A stretch of 52,921 bases of DNA, from IMG/VR virus record IMGVR_UViG_3300017910_000414, positions 1 through 52,921 of that record. One strand, given 5' to 3'. This DNA is from a virus (taxonomy: Duplodnaviria; Caudoviricetes). This document shows positions 42,925 through 52,921 of the stretch, one piece after another. The notes under the pieces were generated by a model. It was not told the origin of the DNA and did no database searches. It saw nothing but the letters and a program-made list of their open reading frames with translations. Position 1 is the stretch's first letter. Every line of letters begins with the position of its first letter. Position numbers and translations under genes: made by a program.

Positions 42925-43429
42925 CGCGTTTTTTCTTCTTTTTGAACGGCGGCAACTTCTTGATTGGTTTTTTGGTGCGCAGAGGTTTGGGCATGATACC
43001 CATAGCGACAAGTTCTTTCTCTGTCCAGATCTCAAAGTGATACCCGCGATCCTTTGCGTATTCGGATGCAGCCTTCCACTTGGACTGGTTCTTGATATAG
43101 GTCATTCCCTCGTTGAGGAGAGTCTGTCGAGACTTACCCTGTTTACGCTCAGGGCGTTTGGTTTCTTTGAATGGTTTTACTTCTACGAGTACAACACGAC
43201 CGGACTTGTACTTGATGACAAAGTCCATGAAGTATCGGTGGGGTTTGTTGTCGGTCTCGCAGATGTACGGAATGACGAGCTCCTCTGACATCCATTGTAC
43301 GATGTCGGAACGTTCGTCACACCACTTCATTACGTGACGTTCCCACATAGAACGATACACAACGTTATTCACATCACCCACGTACTTAGATGGGTTCTTT
43401 GGCTTGTATCGCCCTTTGTAGGTCTTCAT
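42920..43429 (-). CDS. gp4: head completion nuclease gp4
   Basis: Y.G.Y.PKNP.KY.GD....YRS.WE, SEE..IPY, HRYF.DF, EVKP, NQ.KW.AA. Confidence 0.92.
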   Translation of the reverse strand: MKTYKGRYKPKNPSKYVGDVNNVVYRSMWERHVMKWCDERSDIVQWMSEELVIPYICETDNKPHRYFMDFVIKYKSGRVVLVEVKPFKETKRPERKQGKSRQTLLNEGMTYIKNQSKWKAASEYAKDRGYHFEIWTEKELVAMGIMPKPLRTKKPIKKLPPFKKKKKRV

Positions 43430-43441
43430 TCAAAAATCACG

Positions 43442-43466
43442 TATAAATAGTTTAATCGTATTTATA
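43442..43466. promoter_or_regulatory. pair of oppositely oriented late promoters
   Basis: TATAAATA + at 43442-43449 and - at 43459-43466, between divergent gp4 and gp48. Confidence 0.75.
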
Positions 43467-43483
43467 AAAATAGGTCATGCGTC

Positions 43484-44665
43484 ATGGCAGTCGAAGTAAA
43501 ATCTGGCAGATTCGTCACTGATCAGCAAGTAGCTGCAGCTGGAGAACAACTAAAGATAACAGAGGTCTCTACAGAAGAAGCCGTTGTTGATGTGGAAACA
43601 CCAAATAAATCAAAGATAGCCCCAGCGACAACACATCGATATCCTATTGATAATAATAGCACTAGGCGCTATGGTGCAAGTGTATCTTTCAGGGCAATCG
43701 AAATCATTCCCCCAGGCCCAACAGAAGAGGGTCAAAAAAGTTTTCTAGACTTCTTAAAAAATAGTGCAAACTTTGAAAGAGAAAGCAAGCTTGCTAAAAG
43801 TATTGCCGCAGATAAAAATTATGATGCTGAAACGGCAGGTAAAAGTAAAGAAGAAGCATTGAGAGAAGCAGAAACATCATCTGCCAAGGAGATGGAGAAA
43901 GCTCAACGACAACACAGAGAAGAAAATCCACAACTATACAGAGATAGAGGATGGGATTACGAAGGTAGAAACATTAAGTTGTATCTGCCGATTGCTTTTC
44001 AACAAAATGATTCATTCAATATTGCAACACCAGAACTGGGTCAAGTAGGCGCGGCGGCAGCCGCGGCGGCTTCAAGTGGTAAAGGAATGTTGTCGGCTGG
44101 AGTATCTGCCATTTCTGCAGGCGCAAATAGTATTATAGACTTAGTATCGGGCAGACTTGCTGGTGATGCTGCCAGACTAGGAGCGGCAAAACTTGCTTCG
44201 AAGGTACCTATCTTTGGTACTGAGTTGGGTCAAGCTGCTGAAATCGCAGGTGCAGTAACGGTAAACCCAAACATACGAAGTGCATTCCGTGGTGTAGGCT
44301 TGAGGGAGTTCTCTTTTACCTTTAAGTTTATTGCTCGTTCACAGACAGAAGCAAACATGGTTGAGTCAATAATAAACACATTTAGAGAACGTGCCTATCC
44401 TGAGTCAATCGAACTAGGGGGAATCAGCGGCGGATACCGATATCCGAATATGTTTGAGATTGTGGTAAGGCATGAAAGTCCTAATGGCGCAGGAAGAAGA
44501 ATAGGAAATAAAATGAAGCATTGTTTCTTGCGTTCCATCGCAACGAGTTACAACTCATCGTCTATGGCATTCCATGCAGATGGTCAACCAGTAGAAATTG
44601 ATCTATCACTAAACTTTGTTGAAGAGGTGACTCTGACTCGTGCTGATATTAAGGAAGGCTTCTAA
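43484..44665 (+). CDS. gp48: baseplate tail-tube cap gp48
   Basis: I.LYLP, NPN....F.GV.LR.F.F.FKF..RS..EA, C.L.SI...Y, L.L.F.E. Confidence 0.8.
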   Translation: MAVEVKSGRFVTDQQVAAAGEQLKITEVSTEEAVVDVETPNKSKIAPATTHRYPIDNNSTRRYGASVSFRAIEIIPPGPTEEGQKSFLDFLKNSANFERESKLAKSIAADKNYDAETAGKSKEEALREAETSSAKEMEKAQRQHREENPQLYRDRGWDYEGRNIKLYLPIAFQQNDSFNIATPELGQVGAAAAAAASSGKGMLSAGVSAISAGANSIIDLVSGRLAGDAARLGAAKLASKVPIFGTELGQAAEIAGAVTVNPNIRSAFRGVGLREFSFTFKFIARSQTEANMVESIINTFRERAYPESIELGGISGGYRYPNMFEIVVRHESPNGAGRRIGNKMKHCFLRSIATSYNSSSMAFHADGQPVEIDLSLNFVEEVTLTRADIKEGF

Positions 44666-45381
44666 TGTCTTATTTTAAAAAATTTCCCACATCGCTATAC
44701 ACATTTGCGAATGGTGAAGAAGGTGTCATGCAGAACATCTCTGTATATGCCGAAGTTTTAGATGACATCAAAATTAATAGTTCGTTTTATAAAGACTACT
44801 ATATTCGAAATGGTGATCGACCAGACAACGTGGCGTTTTCTTTGTATCAAAATGCACATCTACACTGGACATTCTATATGATGAACAACCACCTACGTGA
44901 GCAGGGATGGCCTCTGGACCACGTAGAGATCGTCGAGAAGGCAAAGAAAGATTTCCCGTACATAACACTGACCACCGACGATTCGATTATAGAAGACTTC
45001 CCAGTGGGGTCTACGGTCACCGGAAATACTTCTGCAGCCACAGGCACTATCGTATCACGTGACCTTGATCTAGGTCAACTTGTTATTGAAACAACTAATC
45101 AGTATTCTTTTCAGTCGGACGAACTGTTGAATGCACAAGACTCGTTTGAACAACTACAACTAGTCGCTGCAGAAAATCAGTATCTGGCTGCACATCACTA
45201 CCTACAGGACGGAGAAATCTATACGAATAAACTAGACTTGACTGATGGCGTTACCTACGTAGAGGTTACTAACCTAGAGTTCTACATACAAGAGAACGAT
45301 AAACTACGTCAAATTGTCGTACTGAAGCCGTCGTCGGTTAACCGTGTGGTTCAGTTATTCAGAGAAGCGATTAGTGTATAA
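44665..45381 (+). CDS. gp53: baseplate wedge gp53
   Basis: YF..FP...Y, Y.I..GDRPD.VA..LY.....W, WPL, E...N...R.I. Confidence 0.85.
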   Translation: MSYFKKFPTSLYTFANGEEGVMQNISVYAEVLDDIKINSSFYKDYYIRNGDRPDNVAFSLYQNAHLHWTFYMMNNHLREQGWPLDHVEIVEKAKKDFPYITLTTDDSIIEDFPVGSTVTGNTSAATGTIVSRDLDLGQLVIETTNQYSFQSDELLNAQDSFEQLQLVAAENQYLAAHHYLQDGEIYTNKLDLTDGVTYVEVTNLEFYIQENDKLRQIVVLKPSSVNRVVQLFREAISV

Positions 45382-46709
45382 TGAGCAATGTTAATCCAGC
45401 AGCACCAGAGTTTGCTGACGCGATTTCATTTGAATCTGTTCTCATAGAAACAGAACTGGTATCTCCAGTAGAAATCGCTCCGCTTGTTACGGATCTAGAT
45501 GTGTTCGAACATCTGGATAAGCCGTATGTGACTGCTGTGCTTGGATTTCTTGATGTTGAGAATGTCGTGGCGGATCTCAATATCAGTGGTGGTGAGAGAG
45601 TATCAATCGTTCTAAAAACCAACCTACAGACATCAATACCGATACGTAAGATATTTTATATCGATAAGATCATGTCTGCATCTAAAACGCACAGCAACGA
45701 AGAGTTCTTTACATTACACCTAATTGAAGATCATGCGTTTATATCCAACACATTGAATGTAAACAAAGCGTATTCTGGTAGTACAACAACCATTGTTAGT
45801 AAAATAGCGAAAGACTTTCTAGATACTAATATAGACATTCTGTCCAGTGACGTACATAACACAAAGGTGATTGTACCTAACCTTACACCAATAGATGCAA
45901 TGTGCTGGGTAAAGAATCGCACAACGACAACAACCGGATATCCATTCTATCTGTTCTCTAACTTTATTGACTTAAACCTACAGTTTGATGATCTACAGTC
46001 TATGATGTCTTCGGCAGTAATGAATCCGGATGCACCGTACACGTATTACGAAGCGCAGATGGCCTCGAACGCGGACACACTGCGTCGTAGAGTGATTCTC
46101 TCTTATCAGGCAAGGGATACATATGACATCTATCGTCTTATCGATGAGGGTTTGCTTGGCTCGGAGTATCAGTATGTCGATGTAACCAAACCTAGACACG
46201 ACGGGAGCGGAAAGAGAACAGACCATAAATTTACATTCGATATCGACAAAGAGGTTATCAGTAAGATGACTTCTGACGGTATTATTCAAAATATACCGTT
46301 GTATGATAGCACACGATATGATTGGTCTAAAAAGAAAGTAAACTCTCGCAAGATTACGCGCATGGGTAGTTCTAATATATTCAACGACATAAAGTCTTTA
46401 TCAGAAAGAGAAGAAGTGGCACAGTATCGATTGAATGAAGTAAGTCGCGCCATGTCTCAGCTATTGACTACTGACGCCATGACCTTCATGGTAAACGGAC
46501 TAGACTTCTTCAGCGGAGAATCCAATGCGACGATTGGTAATAAAATTAGGATTCAGTTCTTGAAAAATAGAGTTGATGAGTACGAAGGTAAATTCGATAC
46601 AAAAAAATCAGGTGATTATCTAATCTTCGCGTGTAAACATTCAATCTCTCCAAGTGAATACACACTAACTTTCTCTGGAGTTAAACTATCGAATGGTGAT
46701 ATAGTATGA
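45381..46709 (+). CDS. baseplate hub protein (gp27-like position)
   Basis: Between gp53 and gp5; I.GGE.V.I, SG.YLI....H motifs. Confidence 0.55.
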   Translation: MSNVNPAAPEFADAISFESVLIETELVSPVEIAPLVTDLDVFEHLDKPYVTAVLGFLDVENVVADLNISGGERVSIVLKTNLQTSIPIRKIFYIDKIMSASKTHSNEEFFTLHLIEDHAFISNTLNVNKAYSGSTTTIVSKIAKDFLDTNIDILSSDVHNTKVIVPNLTPIDAMCWVKNRTTTTTGYPFYLFSNFIDLNLQFDDLQSMMSSAVMNPDAPYTYYEAQMASNADTLRRRVILSYQARDTYDIYRLIDEGLLGSEYQYVDVTKPRHDGSGKRTDHKFTFDIDKEVISKMTSDGIIQNIPLYDSTRYDWSKKKVNSRKITRMGSSNIFNDIKSLSEREEVAQYRLNEVSRAMSQLLTTDAMTFMVNGLDFFSGESNATIGNKIRIQFLKNRVDEYEGKFDTKKSGDYLIFACKHSISPSEYTLTFSGVKLSNGDIV

Positions 46710-47296
46710 TACCACAAGCATTCGTAGACTTCTATGGTGATCAGGTCCGCTGGTTTGTGGGCGAGGTTGTCAATGTAAACGACGATCCATTACAATTGGG
46801 TCGCGCACAGGTACGTGCATTCGGTGTGTATGACAACATCGAAGACGCAGACCTACCTTGGGCGCAGATCGTCGTGCCGGTCACACAGGGAATACACGAA
46901 GGTAAAGGACAGAACCTTGGATTACTAGTAGGTACGCAGGTATTTGGCATCTTCTTGGATGGACAGAACTCTCAGTTGCCTATGGTTATCGGATCGATCC
47001 CGAAAGACGGAGACACGAACGAAAAGGCCAAGGCGAACTATCCGAAGAACAAAGTCTATGAGACTGAGAACGGCAACTTCAAAGAATGGGATGATGGTGA
47101 TGACCGTATTCGCGAACAACATAACTCAGGAACTTATTATGAGTTACAGGCCGATGGTTCTCGCATGACTGTAATTGAACAGGGCGATACGTTGATTGTC
47201 AAGGGCGATGTCAATATATCAGTAGTCGGAACAGCAACAATTAGCTCAGGTACAGCCGTCGTAGTTAATGCGCCAGAGATTAAGTTGAACTCATAG
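46706..47296 (+). CDS. gp5: short gp5-like tail spike (OB-fold plus short beta-helix, no lysozyme)
   Basis: WFVG.V....DPL.LGR..VR.FG, LPWA, V.G.FLDG...Q.P, YP.N.V.ET..G, H.SGT..E. Confidence 0.85.
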   Translation: MIPQAFVDFYGDQVRWFVGEVVNVNDDPLQLGRAQVRAFGVYDNIEDADLPWAQIVVPVTQGIHEGKGQNLGLLVGTQVFGIFLDGQNSQLPMVIGSIPKDGDTNEKAKANYPKNKVYETENGNFKEWDDGDDRIREQHNSGTYYELQADGSRMTVIEQGDTLIVKGDVNISVVGTATISSGTAVVVNAPEIKLNS

Positions 47297-47303
47297 GTAA
47301 CGT

Positions 47304-47534
47304 ATGACAGACATAATGCAACAGCTTGATTCTGACGACGGATTGAATATCACCCGTATCGACGGTACTGTCATCGAACCGATGGCACCCGCGTTCGATA
47401 AGATCAATCAGAACTTTGCCGCATTGATGAATCAAAACGGTTCGGGTCAACCTGTGAAGATATGGACAGGTTCTCGTGCGGAATACGACGCACTTACACC
47501 AGATTCAGATACGCTGTACTTCATTACGGGGTGA
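47304..47534 (+). CDS. small tail-fibre-associated protein
   Basis: IWTGS.AEYDAL...D.DTLY.I motif. Confidence 0.65.
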   Translation: MTDIMQQLDSDDGLNITRIDGTVIEPMAPAFDKINQNFAALMNQNGSGQPVKIWTGSRAEYDALTPDSDTLYFITG

Positions 47535-47543
47535 TAGGTCGAT

Positions 47544-48899
47544 ATGCCTATTATCAACGACTCAGGTAACGAAACAATATTCCTTGGCAATACTCCGGTT
47601 GTCGAGGTACGTCTTGGTGGGCAGTTGTTGTGGCCAACACAAGTTGCGAAACCACCGATAGAAATTGTAGAAATTGGTTCACCTGTACTGAACGTCTCTC
47701 CTGTACCTGAAATTAGACTACCATCAATCAGTAAAGAAAGCCAAGACCTACTTCCGGCACTTGGCATCGTCTCTGCTGTGTCTCTACCTCAGTTTTCTGG
47801 TATCGAGATACCGTGTTCGGGCAGCACTCTACCAACTCGTGCAGAAATTGTCAACGAGTTTAACAAACTTGCTCAGATACCAAGCAAGTTAAAGGCCTAT
47901 AGTATACAAGAACCAGACCTTGATGCCGAGATACAGAAGCAAATCGACGACATGGTCGCCAACATCGAAGACACGATGGAAGGCATCGGTGACATATTGT
48001 CTCCTCATTGGAAGAAAGGTGAAATTCGCAACTGGCAGAAAGAGGCTGACGACGCATGGAATGAACTGATTACCGACTATCACATCTATGTTCCGGCGAA
48101 GATGTTGGAGATGGTCAGTAAGTTAGTGCCTATTAACTTTCAGGTCAATGTACTTGGCATTAGTGTAGATGTTCTGAAGATACTGGAGAAGAGTGAACAA
48201 GAGAATATTCAGCAACAAATAGAGAATCAGATAGACCAGTATTATAACATGTTGCCGCAAGAATATCAATCATTCAATGGTGACTTTGGCTTGATCTGCG
48301 ATGAATACAAAGCACGAGTGACTTGGCAGTATTTCAAGTCAGAGATCGTCTCTTTGGTCACTGGTCTTCTACACGACTCTTTCGGTAAGTTGATTGACAA
48401 GTTCAAGGAGATATGGGACGCCTTGAGTTTGCCAAGTCTACCGGACTTACTTGACTTTGATGTTGAGTCATTTATTCGAGGACAAGTAGACAGCGCGAAA
48501 CAAAAGGCAGAGCAACACAAGCAGGACGCGATCGCAAAGGCCGAGTCACTGGAACAAGAAGTAAATAACTTTGACCTACAGTCCGAAGCGTACGGAATGG
48601 TTGTTGATCAGTTAGAGGGTGTATCTCTATTCGGTATGTCTCTACTAGATGTGATAGGTGGAGAGATAGACGAAACCGTCAAGATGGCCGAAAAAGATAT
48701 TGACAATCTTGTTAAGTCTGCGCGTGACTTTGCGGCACAGTGGGACAAGAAGCTACTATTTGACTGGGTAGAAAAGGTCAAGAAATTCTTTAACGCGATT
48801 GGGTTGGGTAAGCTTATGGACATTGTGGTACTGACTTTCTGTGATGTTCTGCCATTGATTGGCATACCTACGTCATTTGATGTTGAGTTACCTGTATAA
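47544..48899 (+). CDS. hypothetical baseplate-region protein
   Basis: 451 aa; N-terminal IFLG...V.EV.LG..LLW motif, then helical acidic domain. Confidence 0.65.
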   Translation: MPIINDSGNETIFLGNTPVVEVRLGGQLLWPTQVAKPPIEIVEIGSPVLNVSPVPEIRLPSISKESQDLLPALGIVSAVSLPQFSGIEIPCSGSTLPTRAEIVNEFNKLAQIPSKLKAYSIQEPDLDAEIQKQIDDMVANIEDTMEGIGDILSPHWKKGEIRNWQKEADDAWNELITDYHIYVPAKMLEMVSKLVPINFQVNVLGISVDVLKILEKSEQENIQQQIENQIDQYYNMLPQEYQSFNGDFGLICDEYKARVTWQYFKSEIVSLVTGLLHDSFGKLIDKFKEIWDALSLPSLPDLLDFDVESFIRGQVDSAKQKAEQHKQDAIAKAESLEQEVNNFDLQSEAYGMVVDQLEGVSLFGMSLLDVIGGEIDETVKMAEKDIDNLVKSARDFAAQWDKKLLFDWVEKVKKFFNAIGLGKLMDIVVLTFCDVLPLIGIPTSFDVELPV

Positions 48900-48902
48900 A
48901 TA
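48895..48902 (+). promoter_or_regulatory. T4-type late promoter
   Basis: TATAAATA upstream of gp25. Confidence 0.75.
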
Positions 48903-48923
48903 GAACAAAAAGAGTTTAACCTA

Positions 48924-49367
48924 ATGTCTAACGTATTCTCAATCGAAGATGGAAATCTGCAGAACAAACCGATCACGGTAAGTGTTGACCGTGAGTATTC
49001 GGATATCGACTGCACGTTTACTCCTAAGCCAACAACAGGTGATATCTACAAGAAGACAGATGCGGCTGCAGTACGTCAGGCAGTCAAGAATCTTCTTATG
49101 ACTGATCGTGGATCAGTGCCATTTCGACCATATTATGGTGGTGACCTAGAAGGAATGTTGTTTGCGCTATCGACTGAGGTAGACGTAGAAGATATAGAAG
49201 ATGCGATAAAAGTCGCAATTAAGAATAACGAGCCACGTGCAGAGGTGAGAAAAGTTACTGCTACGTTCAATGAAGATTATAATTCCCTTGGTGTAACATT
49301 AGTATTTGGCGTTGTCAATACTCCAAAAGTTATCACTATGGATTTAACTATTGCAAGGTCGAGATAA
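48924..49367 (+). CDS. gp25: baseplate wedge gp25
   Basis: YSDID..F...P.TGDI....D..AV.Q.V.NL..T..G..PF.P..G, EPR. Confidence 0.88.
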   Translation: MSNVFSIEDGNLQNKPITVSVDREYSDIDCTFTPKPTTGDIYKKTDAAAVRQAVKNLLMTDRGSVPFRPYYGGDLEGMLFALSTEVDVEDIEDAIKVAIKNNEPRAEVRKVTATFNEDYNSLGVTLVFGVVNTPKVITMDLTIARSR

Positions 49368-51218
49368 ATGACAATCAATACAACTGATTTAGATTTTGGT
49401 GACATCAAGTCAAAACTGAAAACCCACCTAAGAAACAGTGGCGAGTTTGACGACTATGATTTTAACGCGAGTGGCCTATCCAACATTCTGGATGTGCTTG
49501 CATATAACACTCACGTCAATGCGTTGGTCGCAAACCTATCCATCAACGAATCCTTTCTTAGCACGTCGCAGTTACGTGCATCGGTAATCGGTCACGCAGA
49601 AACGCTAGGGTACACCGTCAAGTCTCGTACGGCAGCTCGTGCAACGTTGGATGTCTCTATCGTTGTTCCGGATGCGCCAGGCACCTTTACACTTGATGCA
49701 GGTACAGAATTTCTTGCGTCTATCGACGATATTGGTTATCGTTTCTTTACACTTGCACCACATACTGCGCAGAACGAAAGCGGTGTTTTTAACTTTACTA
49801 ACATACAAGTCGCAGAAGGTCAAGTCAAGACACGTACATTTATCGCGAATAGTTCGGACGACGTGAGCTACATCATTCCAGATGAGAACATCGATACATC
49901 TACGCTGTCGGTACGTGTGTTCGATAATGCTACCTCTCCAGACTTTGTGGCCTATCAAGACCTACGTACATCAATTACCATTACAGATGACTCTACAGTC
50001 TACATGGTTAACGAGGCACCTAACGGTTATTACGAACTTATGTTTAGTGACGGTAACGTTCTAGGTAAGCGTCCAGTACAAGGCAATGTCATTCGCGTAT
50101 CGTACATTTCCACACAACACGTCGAAGGTAACGGTGCGAAGAGTTTCACACTGAATGACTTCGCAGGCGAAGGATATACGATTACAACTACGACCGTATC
50201 TCCATCCGCTGGTGGTTCTGAGCGTGAGACAATGTCATCGATCAAGTTGAACGCCCCTCGTGCGTACACCGCACAGAATCGTTTGGTGACTGCAGACGAC
50301 TACATGGCACTGATTCAGGCACGTCACTCTAACTACATCCGTGATGTTATCTCATGGGGTGGTAACGACAATCTACCCCCACAGTACGGTAAGGTATTTG
50401 TCAGTCTGAACTTCCGTGACGGTGTAGGTGAGGACGTACGTACCGCTGAGAAGACGCGTATTCAACAGGAACTAGCGTCTAACCTTTCTATCATGTCAAT
50501 CGACCTAGAGTTTGTTGACCCACAGGAAACGTTCCTAGAACTACAGACGGTATTCAATATCGATCCATTGAAGGTAACTCAGTCTCAGACACTAGAGACA
50601 GATGTCAAGTCGTTAGTAAGCACACACGTACAAACAGAGTTGAATACATTCGGCGCAACTTTCCGTCGCTCGAACCTACTGACTCAGATCGATAACCTAT
50701 CTCCAGCTATTCTCAACTCACGTATGACTGTCCGTATGCAACAGCGTATCGACATCACTGCATTGATCGCTGCGAAAGAAGCACAACTTACAGCAAACGG
50801 CGTTCTACCAGAAGACTTTGAAACCTATTACGAATCGGATCACATTGTCAACTTCCCAGTCGTTCTTGCTGAACCAGATAAAGACGACCACACTGTGGTC
50901 TCATCTGTTTTCAAATCAAATGGACTCAACGTTGTCATCAAGAACAAGTTGGGTACAAACCAGTTACAACTACTAGATCTAAATGACGTAGTCAAGATTG
51001 CTAACATCGGTACATACAACGCGGCGAAGGGTCAGGTAGAGATACGTTCTCTATTGGTGGACAAGGATAGCTATATCGGTGACGGCATTAAGATCAGTGT
51101 ACTACCAGCGAACCAGAGTACTATCAGTCCGCTACGCAACTACATTATAACACAGGACGAAGATTTGTCAACTGTTTTATCAAACGTTGACCGTGGTGAA
51201 ATCAAGGTTACGTTGTAA
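49368..51218 (+). CDS. gp6: baseplate wedge gp6
   Basis: LDF..IK..LK, F.DY.F..SGLS..LDVLAYNTH, NESFL, AQNRLVTA.DY, PPQYGKVF. Confidence 0.92.
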   Translation: MTINTTDLDFGDIKSKLKTHLRNSGEFDDYDFNASGLSNILDVLAYNTHVNALVANLSINESFLSTSQLRASVIGHAETLGYTVKSRTAARATLDVSIVVPDAPGTFTLDAGTEFLASIDDIGYRFFTLAPHTAQNESGVFNFTNIQVAEGQVKTRTFIANSSDDVSYIIPDENIDTSTLSVRVFDNATSPDFVAYQDLRTSITITDDSTVYMVNEAPNGYYELMFSDGNVLGKRPVQGNVIRVSYISTQHVEGNGAKSFTLNDFAGEGYTITTTTVSPSAGGSERETMSSIKLNAPRAYTAQNRLVTADDYMALIQARHSNYIRDVISWGGNDNLPPQYGKVFVSLNFRDGVGEDVRTAEKTRIQQELASNLSIMSIDLEFVDPQETFLELQTVFNIDPLKVTQSQTLETDVKSLVSTHVQTELNTFGATFRRSNLLTQIDNLSPAILNSRMTVRMQQRIDITALIAAKEAQLTANGVLPEDFETYYESDHIVNFPVVLAEPDKDDHTVVSSVFKSNGLNVVIKNKLGTNQLQLLDLNDVVKIANIGTYNAAKGQVEIRSLLVDKDSYIGDGIKISVLPANQSTISPLRNYIITQDEDLSTVLSNVDRGEIKVTL

Positions 51219-52168
51219 TGGCTGGACTTCGCATCAATCCTAAGTTTCATCAATCCAAAGTAACTCAGGTATTACCTCAGTTCTTTCAGGGTCAGTATCC
51301 GAATCTAATTAAGTTCTTAGAGGCGTACTATGACTTTGCGGGTGAGGAAACTGCAGCGGCAGAGATCGAAGAGTTATTTGACATACGCAATATCTCTTCA
51401 GCCGATCTAGAATACCTAGATCTATTGATGAGAGAGATCAGTGATGGTATCGATACAGATTCATTCGACGCAAACGAAGACGTTAATCCACGATTGATGG
51501 CGCGACTTCTTTCGCACTTCTATCGTGCGAAGGGTACACAACTTTCTGCAGAACAATTCTTTAAGGCGTTTTACGGTGAGGATGTAGAAGTCATCTACCC
51601 AAAACGCGACATCTTTATTCTTAACGACAAGCCAGGTGGTTCTTTGATTGGTCCACAATCATTGAAGCGCATTCAGGACGACAAGAAGTATCAGATCTTT
51701 TCAGTTCTTTTAAAAACAGGCATGTCGTTCGGAGACTACGAGGCACTGTATAAAAAGATGGTGCATCCTGCTGGATTCTATCTAGCGGGCGAGACAGAGA
51801 CTCAGGGGTTTGGTGATCTAGACCTAATGGCTGGTCCAACGACTGATCCGTTAGAAGTACCTAACTATCCAGTTGTTCTAGAAACATCTAGTCACATGAG
51901 TCTCGAACCAATTTACTCACTTCTTGTCATGGAAGAGAATGATCCAGTTGACGCACGTACACAAGCTCAGAAGGATGCCGGTGAAGGTATCATCGTTAGT
52001 TCACTTGAAACGCTTGATAAGTACGAAACTGTTACACTGCAACAACTATCCGACGACTTTGGTACAGTTGCAGAGTGGGTCAGCGTCAAGCCACCAACAC
52101 TTGATGACGGTACACTAGATCTTTCTCAAACATATGAAAACCTAGACGCAGACGAGCATGGCGGATAA
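51218..52168 (+). CDS. baseplate wedge gp7-like protein
   Basis: LP.F....YP..I.FL.AYY, FYRAKGT, YQ.FS, VHPAGF. Confidence 0.7.
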   Translation: MAGLRINPKFHQSKVTQVLPQFFQGQYPNLIKFLEAYYDFAGEETAAAEIEELFDIRNISSADLEYLDLLMREISDGIDTDSFDANEDVNPRLMARLLSHFYRAKGTQLSAEQFFKAFYGEDVEVIYPKRDIFILNDKPGGSLIGPQSLKRIQDDKKYQIFSVLLKTGMSFGDYEALYKKMVHPAGFYLAGETETQGFGDLDLMAGPTTDPLEVPNYPVVLETSSHMSLEPIYSLLVMEENDPVDARTQAQKDAGEGIIVSSLETLDKYETVTLQQLSDDFGTVAEWVSVKPPTLDDGTLDLSQTYENLDADEHGG

Positions 52169-52173
52169 CAATA

Positions 52174-52921
52174 ATGACAAGACAAATTCTCAACACTGGT
52201 GCATCTGCTAACGACGGGACGGGCGATACTCTCCGCGAAGCCAGTGAAAAGATTAATCAGAATTTCCAAGAACTCTACGAAGCCGTAGGGTTTTCTGGTG
52301 GTGAGATTACTCTAGATTATCTTGACGCATACATTAACGGCGCGGTTGATAGTGCACTTGACGGTGTAGAACTTTCTGGTGTTATTGCAAACACACAGGC
52401 GCTGAATATCCTAGATGTTCGTGTTACTCAACACGATACAATTCTTATCTCGCATGATTCTCAGTTAGGGGGTCTTGCACAAGAAATTCAAAACATCAAT
52501 ACTTTAATTGATAACTCCACTATAGGAACACAAGGTCCGCCTGGGCCACAAGGTCCAGCAGGTACTCAAGGTCCAGCAGGTACTCAAGGATTATCCGGTA
52601 CACAAGGTCCAGCGGGAAGTCAGGGTCCAATTGGTCCAACCGGACCAGTAGGTCCGATAGGTCCAACAGGTACTGAAGGACCGCAAGGTAGCAGAGGTCC
52701 AACCGGACCAGTAGGTCCAATAGGCCCTACAGGTACTGAAGGACCGCAGGGTAGTCAAGGACCAACGGGACCACGGGGACCGATAGGCCCTACAGGCACT
52801 GAAGGTCCACAGGGCCCGCAAGGTACAATTGGTTTACAAGGACCGCAAGGACCAACCGGAACAGAGGGACCACAGGGTCCACAGGGTACAATTGGTTTAC
52901 AAGGACCGCAAGGACCAACCG
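52174..52921 (+). CDS. collagen-like fibre protein with gp9/gp10-type N-terminal motif (3' truncated by window)
   Basis: Manual translation [21 protein letters not shown]...KIN.NF.ELY, then continuous G-X-Y. Confidence 0.85.
   Translation, partial: MTRQILNTGASANDGTGDTLREASEKINQNFQELYEAVGFSGGEITLDYLDAYINGAVDSALDGVELSGVIANTQALNILDVRVTQHDTILISHDSQLGGLAQEIQNINTLIDNSTIGTQGPPGPQGPAGTQGPAGTQGLSGTQGPAGSQGPIGPTGPVGPIGPTGTEGPQGSRGPTGPVGPIGPTGTEGPQGSQGPTGPRGPIGPTGTEGPQGPQGTIGLQGPQGPTGTEGPQGPQGTIGLQGPQGPT
52525..52921 (+). repeat. collagen G-X-Y coding repeats
   Basis: [12 protein letters not shown]...GPTGTEGPQ repeats running to the window end. Confidence 0.9.

Noticed and set aside
42704-43288. 194-aa plus-strand ORF
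   Set aside because: Antisense to well-supported gp2 and gp4
52520-52821. Minus-strand repetitive ORFs
   Set aside because: Antisense artefacts of the collagen repeat
1-52921. tRNA, rRNA, CRISPR array, integrase/transposase, reverse transcriptase, stop-codon recoding
   Set aside because: No cloverleaf, regular repeat-spacer array or such motifs seen by eye; core genes are intact under the standard code

Overview
Segment of a T4-like (large myovirus) phage genome, with a gene complement resembling aquatic/marine T4-like phages. Left to right: the 3' end of a LamG-type structural gene; a cluster of small basic/acidic proteins with T4 internal-protein-like N-termini; a nucleotide-metabolism block (NrdA with an inserted glutaredoxin, NrdB, Apt, MTA/SAH nucleosidase, GIY-YIG endonuclease); two early regions of small ORFs driven by repeated sigma70 promoter cassettes (11.8-15.4 kb and 31-37.8 kb); a 13.5 kb block mixing lysis genes with glycosyl-, methyl-, carbamoyl- and sulfo-transferases and a radical SAM enzyme, partly under T4 late promoters (TATAAATA); gp33 and gp32; and the baseplate/tail module (gp29-like, gp51, gp26, gp54-like, gp2, gp4, gp48, gp53, hub, short gp5, gp25, gp6, gp7-like, collagen fibre). 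I saw no tRNA, rRNA or CRISPR array. Strongest unexplained signals: a two-fold symmetric ~100-nt structured RNA with its own promoter (35044-35140); a -1 slippery site fusing gp26 to a start-less gp51 just upstream of the tape-measure-like gene; the late-expressed modification cluster; the apt + nucleosidase adenine-salvage pair; and a tandem palindromic site at 33217-33266. All family assignments come from motif recognition by eye; no database searches were run.
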